From assembly GCA_037379345.1 (NCBI GenBank), contig CM074514.1, positions 30,070,001 through 30,134,000 of the forward strand: a stretch of 64,000 nucleotides of DNA, in the 5' to 3' direction. Below are positions 1 through 12,500 of the stretch, one piece after another. Position 1 is the first letter of the stretch; every line of letters begins with the position of its first letter. The notes under the pieces are model-generated. The model ran no database searches. It saw nothing but the letters and a program-made list of their open reading frames with translations, and had not been told where the DNA came from. The translations under genes and the position numbers were made by a program. This DNA is from Perna viridis. Taxonomy: Eukaryota.

Positions 1-282
1 AAGGAAATTTTAACATAAATTCATGTAAATCTTCATGAATACTGTAAACTCAATATTGAAAATTATCATGAAAGTATTATAAATTAAACATGAACAAAAA
101 TTGCCTGTGATGTAATGACATCAGGGTGTTTAATGATAACATAATTCCCTGACTTTGTTCTTCTTACGTATGTTTTGTTTCAAATCCATATTAGTAGGCT
201 GACTTGTACAGTATACCATGAAAACTAAAACTCCAAAATTTAGTTTCACTGCATGTACATACACCTTGAATTTATTTTTCAG

Positions 283-506
283 ATTTTTCAGTTGACAAAG
301 ATAATGGCACTATTACATCTAAGAAGTCTTTTGACTATGAAACAAAGAAAAGATATGATATTACTGTTCTTGTCTTGGATGGAGAACACAATGCGAGCAC
401 TTCAGTTATTGTGGGTATAAGGAATCTCAATGACAACCAGCCAATCTTCACCAATACTACTTATTATATTGATATGGAAGAGACTGCTACTCTACAGTCA
501 TCTGGT
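283..506 (+). CDS. Cadherin exon 1 (first visible)
   Basis: ttttcag| FSVDKDNGTITSKKSFDYE...NLNDNQPIF...SSG |gtaagt. Confidence 0.9.
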
Positions 507-3500
507 GTAAGTAATGGTTTTGGATATTTTTATACAATAACACTACTTATTGATGGTTGATGTATGAGAACATTTGTATAGTGAGTTAAGAAGTGTGGCA
601 AATGTCCATGAGAGAACTTTCCAATCAGCCACATATAAATTGAAAGACAACACATAGTACAATTTATACCAAAGGGAAAGCACTTAAATCTAAAGACCAA
701 TTTGTGTTTATTGTTTACTACTTCCAGGTATAAGTATTTTCTGTTTTGTGTTATTACCAAATTATAATTGGATAATTAATTGGATAGAGAAAATAACCAA
801 AATATGATCACAAATGCTGAAGAACGCCTAGATTTAACAAGTGTGCAGAACTTGTTCCGTGCACGAGTTAAATCTATATACATTTTTGGCACGAGTGATC
901 ATATTTTGGTTATTCCCTCTTTCTAATTGTTAATTTCAACATAAGTTTTTAATTTTCTCAAAGGCAAATTGATATTCGTGTTGTGACGTTTTGGCGGGAG
1001 AAAGAGCAAGAGTGAAATTACCGAATTTATTTTACAGTGTGAAATATAAAAAAAAATTACACTGGGAACATTTGGTAAGTCACTGCTATCTATATAATAA
1101 TATAGATTATATAGTTTAAGTGTAGAAAAAGTTGAGCATCATATTTTATTTCCATGGTTTTCATTGGTGAGATTGCAGTCTTACTCTTAAACAAACACTT
1201 CCAATGATTTCAAATCGGAGATAGGAACTCATTCTCATGAAATCTTTGGGCAAGGTTATGAGACTTACAAACCCTGTTGTTATATTTATTTCAGGTCATA
1301 AATGCATCAGATGAAGATAACTTAGGATACCTCACCTATGATATTATTGGTGGAGACACTGATTGCCATGACATTTTCAAGATAGACAAAAGTACTGGAG
1401 CTTTGTCTATAAATAATACTGGTCACTGTTTAGACTATGATGTTAGTCCAGTTCACACTTTACTGGTACAAGCAAAGGATGGTGAGTAATATTTTAAATT
1501 TTTTATTGTACCGGCTGGAAAGTTGATATCAAATCCATCCTTTCTTTTCTCACCTTTCCTTAATACCAAATCATATCTTTTTATTTTAGTCAAGTAATTA
1601 TTTAGGGTTTACCAAAATTTAAATTGGACATGATGAGTCCATAGAACCATCTTCCTTTGCTATGGAATTTTTGCATTTTCTTTTGATTTTGAATTAATGA
1701 CTAACTAATAAAAAGAATTAATATGTAAATGTATGACAAAGGATACCGCTACCATGGGAGAAAATAAAATTAACACATTCGATTAAGTATTGCTTAATAA
1801 AGAAAAAGCAGATTTCACCTTTTTCACAATGAAATTTAATTGAAATATTATACCATGCTGCATGTTAAGGGGTAAACTTGAACAATGTGTAGTATATAAG
1901 TGAAAGATTGACACTTGTTCAGTATAATGTGTTGGGTGACAAGCCTTCCTATTGGCGATTGCTTCTGTGTTCTACCTTGTTCTACTAGTACCATACAGGA
2001 TGTGTTTAATTGATTCAGTTTTCTCATCCTGAAATATCAGTCAAACACAAAGACATGTAAATTTATTATAAGAATTGATTTTAGTTTTTGGCCAGGACAT
2101 TTCAAATAAGCATCTTTGGGGCAGTTTAGGTTTCATGAAGTGCGGAGCACTCGTCCAAGGTCCAGGATGCATGACCTTTGAAATATCATTGACATTTGTC
2201 CTGGTCCTACCATATTTATTTATTTTCTCTTATTGAGGTCCTTCCATTTTCTTACTCCTGACCTATATATTGGAACTGATTCTAAGTGGATCCAGGATTT
2301 TAGGTTATTTGACAGGACTACATGGATGTATATAGTTGAAGCATCCATTTTGAATAAATCTCCACTTACAATATGAACTCACTAGATATTACACATGTTC
2401 CCTTTGAAGGTCTTGCTTTTTTGTACATGAGTGTTTAAAAAGTCTTCTTTTCCATGAGTGGAGTATTATCTGATTATTCCATTCAAGACAATATCAGTCA
2501 AAGGGTTGTCAAGAACTTTAATATCTCCCTGAGACAATGGCATGCACGGATGTCTTTATGAGTTATGTGACATGGAAAAAACATTGAAATGAAGAAATAT
2601 TTTCTCATTATAGAAACCAGAGAAGATCGTGTCACTATTAGCTGTTAAATGCAGGTCATTTCATTTCAAACATTTTATGAGAAAATCAACTCGAAGTGAG
2701 AAAAAGAATCAAACACCAGCTTTTCTCATGGGAGTTTGGGAAATCTCAGACACTTTTCTCATGGGAGATTGGGATATCTTAGACACTTTTCTCATGGGAA
2801 TTTGGGAAATCTTAGACACTTTTCTCATGGGAGTTTGGGAAATCTTAGACATTTTTCTCATGGGAGCTTGGGAAATCTTAAATTTTCCTATCTTGCACTT
2901 TTACAGGTGTTGGATTGTTAATTTCTCCGCTAACCTAGAACTTCATTAAGAACATTTGGATATTTTTTTTGGGGGGTGGGGTGGGGGGGGGGAGGGTGTC
3001 TTGAATGCATTTCAGCAATTAAAACTTATGCACAAAATAACTTATGGTTCCCACTTACTACAGGTGTAGTATTGGGCCCATCTGGATTCATACATGTGTA
3101 TAATGTATATAATCTTATGTAAAGAAAATTAATTTAAGAGACAGGTTTTGTTGTATATTTAGATTATTCTTATAAAGAAGTCAGTTTTTTAGGAATGATT
3201 TTATTTTAACCTGTAGAAATGTCAGGTTCACTTGTGTCACATTCAAGCCAGACAATGATATGGATCAATGTAAGAGATAAAGATAATAAACCACCAAAGT
3301 TTACATGGAAAACTTATACAGCTTCTGTTAAGGAGAATGGGTCCAGAGATCAGCATGTAGTCAGGGTAAGTTTGGGATGTCAGAAATATTTAAGCCTCCT
3401 TTCTGAATATCTAATTACTTGTCCATATACAGAAAATACTACAAATAAATAATAAATAATACCAGAATAAGTAATGATTATATGATTAAATTAGCAAAAA

Positions 3501-6500
3501 ATGGTGATTAGATTGTGATTCTAGGGGCCTCCTATATAGTAATGCTGTGATTAATAATTCATTTCTGCAATGAAGTTTTGATACATTGGATAATTGAATT
3601 TAAACTTCTATTACTGATCATCCTGCCATAGCATACTATAAACTAACTTAATTTGTGGATAATTATTTTTTCTTTTTATGATATAAGTTCAAATTCACTG
3701 CTATTTATTTTTCAACTTGTATTCTGTTAAACCAACAGACTTATCTGTGATCATATATTTTTTGTATTGATAATTAAGTATATTTTGTAGGTAGTGGCAA
3801 CAGATCCTGATACACCATTGGACAAATTGAGTTATAGCTTAGTTAATTATACATCAGAGTTTTATTTTCAAAGAGATGTATTAGTTACCAATTTAACATT
3901 AGATGCAGAGAGCCAGAACATGTATTTTGTCAATGTGTCTGTCTCTGATCCTGGTAGAAGGACTGATTATGCTGTTGTTGAAATTTATGTAGAAGATGAA
4001 AATGACAATCCACCTTCATTTGTTTCTGCAAATTTAAAGATTTTTTCAATACCTGCCAATGCCCAGGGAAACAGAAGTGTTGGGGTTATTAAGGCTGCAG
4101 ATGCAGATGTAACAAATTCTGGTTTTACCTACTACTTACCTCATAATGATCATTTCTGGATCAATAGCCAAACAGGGGAGTTATTTGTTATGGACGGAAG
4201 GGGCACAAACCAATTTGAGGCTAATGTAACTTATAAGGTTGTTGTCATGGTGATGGACCATGGTCAGCCTCCTAAATCAGCCTCTACAGAAGTTGATGTA
4301 TTCATTGATATCACAAATCATTTCCCTCCAAAATTTGCTAAAATGAGCCAAATAAGTTTATTTGAAAATGAATCTTTGAACACTTATGTTGCAATAGTGA
4401 ATGCAACAGACCAAGACCCTGGTTTAGCTGGCTCTGTTTATTATAAACTGGTTCAAAAACAGGTATATGATGGGAAATTTATTTTGAATGAAAAAACAGG
4501 ACAGATAACTCTGAATGGAAGTCTTGATTACGAAAAAACTAAAACCTATGAACTTGAAGTACTAGCCATTGATAGGGCTGATGATCCAAAAACAGGAACC
4601 ACCTATGTCCATATTCAGGTTGAAGATGTTAATGAAAAACCATATTTTCTAGAAAAGATGGACGGATTATGCATAAGGTCACCAATTAACAAAAATGACA
4701 TTGTTGGTGATGTCAGTGCTGAGGATCCAGATGGAAAAGATCACCTGCTCTATTCCTTGAAAGATTCAAGTAACTTCATCATTGATGAAAATTCAGGCCG
4801 TATTAGGGCAAAGCAAAATCTTAGAGGAGATAACTTTCAAATTACAGTTATTGTGAAGGATAAGGGCAATTTAACTGATACAAAACATATTAACCTGACC
4901 AATAATCCTAGTTTGGTCATCACTTCTGCCATTATTACTGTTCATGTAAAGGAAAATAGTACCACCCATACAATTACAAGGGTGAATGCTGTGTCCAGCA
5001 ATCAACTTACTTACAGTCTGTCTAACTCCACTGGGTTTACAATAGACCGTACTGTAAGTATAAGATAAGATTTAAAATATGTAAAAGTCATTTTTACTGA
5101 GTGTGAAACAGTCATCTCTTGGTAAAACCCTCAGTTTTATGCTTGATCAATTTAACATATTAGAATGCACCTTTAATCTGCTTTAGGCAGTGCGGGCTGT
5201 TTTGCAATTAGGATATTCAGCACAATACATTTTAAGGCAATAAACATGCATATTTTTTATCCTGCAACTTCATTTAAAAATCTGTAAGAAATGTGATTAC
5301 TTGCACCATTTTACCCTAAATATCAGTGGATGTATAAGGAAACATCCTTAAACTGGTTACCTGTTTTCTGCTTTAGGTGTTGTGATAGTAGACAATAATT
5401 ATTATGCTACATTTCAAATACATCAACAGTTTATCTGTCTCCATGTATTATTTATAATTTGTTATAGTTTTTATTAAGTCAACTCTTTATAATTTAAATA
5501 GTAATATTTGAAGGAAATAATCAATCTCTTTTTTAATTACATTTTTTTTTAACTATTTAGTCTATAATCATTCCACCGAATCATATCCAGCTCAGCAGGT
5601 CAGACTAGAACAAAGCAGGTGCATGAAATATCTGCCTTAAGATGTTAAACAGTAATCAATCAGTCAAATCTATTTACTGAAAATTATTTAAATGGTAAAA
5701 ACCAGAAATCTTGTGAAGGACAACTCTGTACTAGACTCTTGTCACATAAAATTTACTTTAAGCAAATTAGCCTTATGTAATAATTATTGAAACTCTTGTT
5801 TAATTATAACAACTGTATTTTCTTTAAATGAAGGGACTCATAATGTCTAATGGACCACTGGACAGGGAAAAAAAGTCAAAAGATGAAGTTTATGTTACTG
5901 TAACAAGTAATGGCAGTGTCTGTCATGCTAGGGTTAGTATGTGTATGATAATTGTTTTTAATGAAATTATAAAGTTGTAGAACGTGGATTTTATAACCTG
6001 TACTGCTGTCCAATAAAATCAGTTATGCCAGAATGTTTTTTTGCTCCAATAATTTTTCTGTGTCTATTTGTTTTCTCCATTTTATGTAATAAAAAGCATT
6101 CATTATACTCACATTTGCAAAGTTGGTGGTATATGGTGATACGGGTGTCCATCCATTCTTCTTTCCTTCCATTTCACAGGGGGACCCATCCTCCTGTTTT
6201 ATATTTTGATCCAAATCAATTTTGGAGTTTCACATAGCAAAAAAAAATTTTGTCATTTGTGAATATGGGGATATGAGGGGGAGACCCTCTCTTTTATGTT
6301 ACTCCTCCTATACCACTGAATGGAATTGAATGAAACTTTCACAGAATCCTTATTATATAGTCCCATTTTGCACCTCCTATTTTAGTGCTTGTTTCAAATC
6401 CCTATTGAGGTCAAAAGAAGCATGTTATCAAATGGGGGAGTGGGGTATCAAGTTCGTGAGCATTGCTTGCAGTTTTTCTAGTTTTCAATTTGCCCTAATG

Positions 6501-9500
6501 TACAAGTAAGTTAGCTATTCATTATTGAAACAAAGACACCATCCTTTTTTTAATTAATGTTACCTTCTCACATAATTCATGTTCAATCTGATCCTCCGAT
6601 TCCCATTGAAAATGTTGATAATGTTCATACGTATATGAATTTGCATAAATGTCCATTTGAATTCTCTTTACGTAAACACATGTTAAAAAATTGAATGCTT
6701 GTATTGGATTAGTAAAGTGATGCCATTTTAATGTGAATTTCATGCCAATTATTGATTTCGCATCTTTAAAACATTGTGAAGTGAATTCATGAAAACGCGT
6801 TATTTTGAAATTTGGAATTTGGAAATTCATTTTTCCTTCTGAATGTATAACTGGATTAGAACTCATATTGAATGTGAATTAAATGCACATTTTTAACAGT
6901 ATAAAAGCACCATTAAATCAATGAAATTCAAAACGAAAGATACGAGCTTTCATATTTGTGCTTATTTATAACAATAACTGATTTTTATCTGTTAGGTCCT
7001 TGATTTTTGATTTTTAGATCAACTTATTACCTATTATATTTTTTCAGCTGTTTTTAATTGTTGAATTTAAAAATGAATTAGAGGATTGCAACTAAATTAG
7101 TATGTTATCTATAAAATAATATAAAGATAAAGGAATTAATGAAAACTGAAAATCATAAAAATCTCATCAACATTTTTAAATTCATATGAACAATTGTAGA
7201 AAAATCAAACTCTGTAATTAGATACATGTACATGTATTATATTTACCTGTACTATAAAATTACCAAATATTTGTATTACTGCGTCCTGGACTTCCTATTG
7301 AAACAAATACATTGTTTTCTATGTTTTTTTTAGGTTACCATTGATGTTGTAGATATTAATGACAATCCTCCAAGATTTGGTTTTCAGTATGATGTTCCAC
7401 AAAATATTCCAGAGAATTATTCAAATAACACTTGCTTCTTTTCCTTACCAGTAGAGGATCCTGATTTAAATACCAAGGTTAGTCTTTTATGTTGACAGAT
7501 TTAGGGAGCAACCCATTGATTTTCTGGGTGAGGCTATGGAGTTTTTTTTTAAGTTTGTTTCCAAATTATTGAGAAAATAATAATATGTCTTCAGCATTGT
7601 GAATTACTCTCAGCTTTTACTAACTTTTACCGTATATTTGAAGAAAAAAATTGTTTTTTGCAAAGACAAAAGAAAAAGATTGTCTCAAAAAAAAAAAAAA
7701 TCCGTGGTCTCTCCACCCCACAGAAAATGGTCATTGCTTGATCTGTAATAGATTAATGATTGGTGCCTGAAGTTTGTTTTGTAAAATGACCAGTGATGAT
7801 TATGTTAAATTTTGAATTTTTTTCAGTGCAACAAATCAGGTTTGTAGTATTCTCACGTCTCAAATTGTAGTGTTGATTCATTTTGTTAAAGGAAAACTAA
7901 GGGAAATAAAATATGCCTCAAATTTGTTTAAAGACTTATATAATGTTAGCTCCCTTAAATATGTATTTAAAAAAAGAAACGAAACAAACTTATCTGTGTA
8001 ATAAATTATCTAATCAGGAGTCATTTAATATAACTGGATGGCTTTGGCTGATCTATGACTGATCAGTAACTGATCAATGACCAATGACAGATCTAAATAT
8101 TCTGTTAATATTTGTGTTTAAGTGAGCCTATTCAGTGTTCTCAAATCTTTCGGTTTGAAAGAATGATAAGCTTTTCAAATCATAAAATTGACAATAACAG
8201 TGCACCGACTTGACATTAAACCGATACACGGATGAGGCTTAGAACCACAGGACAGTGTGAGGCTCTGCTGAGCATTTTCACCAGTTCGAGCCGGATTCAT
8301 ATATCAAAATATTGTCAAGTCAGTGCACCGACTTGACATTAAACCGATACACGGATGAGGCTTAGAATCACAGGACAGTGTGAGGCTCTGCTGAGCATTT
8401 TCACCAGTTCGAGCCCGATTCATATATCAAAATTTTGTCAAGTCAGTGCACCGACTTGACATTAAACTGATACACAGATGAGGCTTAGAACCACAGGACA
8501 GTGTGAGGCTCTGCTGAGCATTTTCACCAGTTTGAGCCCGATTCATATATCAAAATTTTGTCAAGTCAGTGCACCGACTTGACATTAAACCGATACACGG
8601 ATGAGGCTTAGAACCACAGGACAGTGTGAGGCTCTGCTGAGCATTTTCACCAGTTCGAGCCCGATTCATATATCAAAATTTTGTCAAGTCAGTGCACTGT
8701 TATTGTCTTTATATTGCAACAAAGTTTGAAACGAAAAATGACTTTAAGCATGAAAAACAATTTTTAATTTGAAGTGGGGACATCCTGGCAACTTCAAAAC
8801 AATGTAACATTTGTAAATTCACAATATTAGGTTATATCCAGTCAGTGACTGTATATCACTTATAAATATGCAGTCAATGCATTTTGACTCCTGAAATAGA
8901 ATGGTAGCAGTATAAAATCAATTTCACTGGTACTATATTTGCATTTGCCTGTTCATCGCGAAAATAGGAAAAATTGGTACACTGAAAAAGTTAATACCTT
9001 ACCCATAGCTGCAGAGATTGGTTAAGGTACTGTACTTTAAATATTTATCTTTTACAGTTGAATTTTACAATAACTAAAGACAACTCTGATGGGAAGTTTA
9101 CTATTGAAAGGTATAATAACCAAACTGGTGGATGTCTAATGCTGAAGTCCTCTCTGGACTATGATACTATGCCTGCAGATCTCCATGGGATGTATTCATT
9201 AACAGTAGGTTCTTATTGTTAGATATGTTATACAGATCCTGTGTTGATACTTACTCATCTGCTGTTTACCATTTGTCTTTGGAGGAATAATTTATTTGAA
9301 GTTTTAGGAGTACCAGTTTACAGTATGTTTCATGGTGATCAAGTAGATGTTTACCAAGATTAATGAAAATTTAAATGATGAGGACCTTAATTCTCACTAC
9401 CAGAATTTAAAAATTTTTATAGTGATGTTAAGTTTGTGATTCGCCAAATATTTTGATGTGAAATTGAATGGTGCTGTTTACATGTACATGTGTATCTTGA

Positions 9501-12500
9501 TCTTGTCTAAGGGATCTTTAAGGAGGTAGACCTAGGGTAAGGGACATAACTCTTAAAAATCATTGGAACGTTTGTATTCAGCATTTTATATCAATCTGAT
9601 GTAAGCATATAATTAACTTGGATTCATTTTATTCTGCTTCAAATGGAAACTTGAGAGGCTTCGGTGAAAATTGAATATGATACAAACATACATGTGCCAC
9701 TGATTTCATGAGTAATGTCCCTTACTCTAGGTCTACCTCCTTAAGTTCATTTTCAAATATGGTAGTTTCATAAGAAATTTGAATTCCTGTGTAGAAGAAG
9801 TCAAAACAACTTCTGGCAATCAAAAAGGATGTCAGTCGACCCATCACAGTAAAATGTAACAATTCTGCTTAAATTAGTCCACTTGCAGTACATGGGTTAA
9901 TATAATTTCTTTTAAATTAAGTTATTTGTACAAAAATGTACTTTATTTTTGTTTTCTTAGTTTAATTATGTTCAAAATTGTAGTGATTTTTTGTAATGAG
10001 AAAAAATGCATTTATTTCTAATTTTAGAGTTAATCCCCCTTAAAACATGGAATTTGGCATTGATTCGACCAAGTGGGGACCCTTGTCTTATCTGCAACTT
10101 CTCAGAAACCACTGAATGGAATTTGATGACACTTTCTCAGATTCTTTATAACATGATGCCATTATGTACCTCCTATTTTGTTATTCCTTCTGAATGCCTT
10201 AAATCACTTATAAGTTTTTTATATGGTTTATATTACCAAGTGATGTAGCTTTGCTCCTAATTTTTCTAGTTATTATTTTTTTAACAGGCAGAAGTAAGTG
10301 ATGGAAGATACAGTAGCAGTAGAGAAATAAAGGTCTACATAGATGATGTCAATGATAATTTACCAAAATTCAATGACACTTACTATATTGCTACTACCTA
10401 TGAGGTAATCCTGGGTTGTTAGTTTCTTTTCATTTTCTTATTATTGTTTCATTGATAAAATATTATCCTATTTTTACCAACTTTACCCCGTAGCAATTTT
10501 ATGCTGCCTGTTTGTGTTGTAATATATCAGAAACGATTAAATTTAAAGGAAGCAGAAGGTAATGAGCATGATAAAACCTGGTTTAACCCATCATTCCCAT
10601 CAGAAAGCCTGTACCAAGTCAGGACCATTGTGGTTGTTTCTAATTTACCTGTTTTTGCCTTTATATTCACAGACAAATGTGCCACACATCACAATCATAT
10701 GGTTTGCATCATATGATTATCATATAAATTGAGCACTGTATGATAATCATGTTTCGGTTTACATATGATAATTGAATGATTACACTCCTTGCAATGTTTA
10801 CGTTTCCCATTTTAGCTTTTGTGCAAAGTTTATCGTGCATTTACGCATCGTTTTGCATTCGTTTAAATGCACGATAGAAGTATTCGTTTAAATGCACGAT
10901 ATGAGAATTTGTTTAAACACACGATAGAAGCGTTTGTTTAAATGCACGATATGAGCATTCATTTAAATGCACTATAGAAGCGTTTGGTTTTTTTTTTGTA
11001 CTTTGATTATTTCCATGATTCAACTGTTATTTTTTGATATTTTTTTGCTATTATTAATTCATATAATTTTAATAACTTTATTTTCTATTTTTTCTTGCTT
11101 CATTATTTATTAATATTATTATTTTTCACCGTTTTAAACGCATGATATGACCGTTTGTTTATCATACGTTTAAATGCACGCTAGGACTTTTGTTTATCGT
11201 GCATTTGGTGAGCGTTTAGCGTGCGTTTGGGTATCATGCATGAGGAAACCTAAAGGTCTCAAGGAGTGTATCATATGATTATCATATGTTTTCAAGCCAA
11301 AATTAAAATATGAGGATTATATGATTACCATATGATTGCCATATGAATCGAGCACCATATGATTATCATATATGGCACATTTGGCTGTTTTGCCAACTTT
11401 GTTCTACAGACTTCCATCTTTGTTATACAGACGTCCATTTTAGTCACTGTCTTCTGACTTTGCTTAGAGTTTATCAGTTCAGTAATTTTGTTATTACCCT
11501 TCACTTTTATTACATACACATGTATTGATTTTATTTATATTAGATAGAATCCATTAGAACAATAGTGATGAGATGCAGTATTCATAATTGTGAAATCTCA
11601 CAGTGTGATTTATTATGATTTTTTAGGAGCTTCCTGCCCATACCAGTATCATGTATCTGGAAGCCTATGATGAAGATGCATTGGATGCTGGGAAACTAAC
11701 TTATTCACTTGAGGGAGGCAAGGACACTATTTATATCTTTTTTTCTACTTTTTGAAAGCAAAGGATCAAGTTTAGAAGTTAATTTGACAGCAATTATCTC
11801 AGTATGATATTTTATCAAAAATAAATAAGTTGTTGATTGATAGAGATGTCAGTTGAATCATGCTTGTTGAAGATTCTATTGTCAGTTGAATCATGCTTGT
11901 TGAAATACAATGAAACCTATTTTAACCCTTTTAGACTATATTATTGGCTCCATTTTAACAGGTGTTCAGGTGAAACATGTTCAAACTGCATATAAACTTG
12001 TTTGAAGAAACCTCAAGAAATATTTGGTTTATGCAGGTTATTGGATAATTATGGGCTTGGTTTAGACAGGTTTTAAGATAATTCAGGGTTTGGTATAGAC
12101 AGGATTCTCTGTATATATATATATATATATTTTGAAAATACGATTACTTTAATGGATCATTAAGGTCTTTTAAAAGTTTATTTTACTAGGTACCAGTTGC
12201 AATGGTTTCTTCCCTTTTTAAGTATTTGAATTGCAACATGCTGTAAACCAATATTTTCCATGAGCAATTATGTTTCCGCTTATTTCACAAGCAAGAAAAT
12301 GCACTGAAAATGACTTGACCTTTTAAATGGCAAAAATTATTATGTGCAAAAATAATGTATTTTACTGTACACTGCAATAAATGTGATCTCTATCGGATTG
12401 GCTGTTGCTTTCATTTATTACAGTACATAATGTATTCAAAACTTTGTCTTGACCTGCCATAAATTATTGGAAAACCTTCTTTTGCACCAAACAAATAAAC

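Noticed and set aside
2629-2949. Repetitive ORFs (FLMGVWEILDT / RHFSHGxLG)
   Set aside because: Translation of a 33-bp intronic tandem repeat; not needed for exon phase continuity.
2971-2998. G-quadruplex-capable G run
   Set aside because: Low-complexity G tracts are common in these introns and probably MITE remnants; there is no evidence of function.
8190-8707. CRISPR-like palindromic repeats with spacers
   Set aside because: The intervening ~97-bp segments are near-identical copies, not unique spacers.
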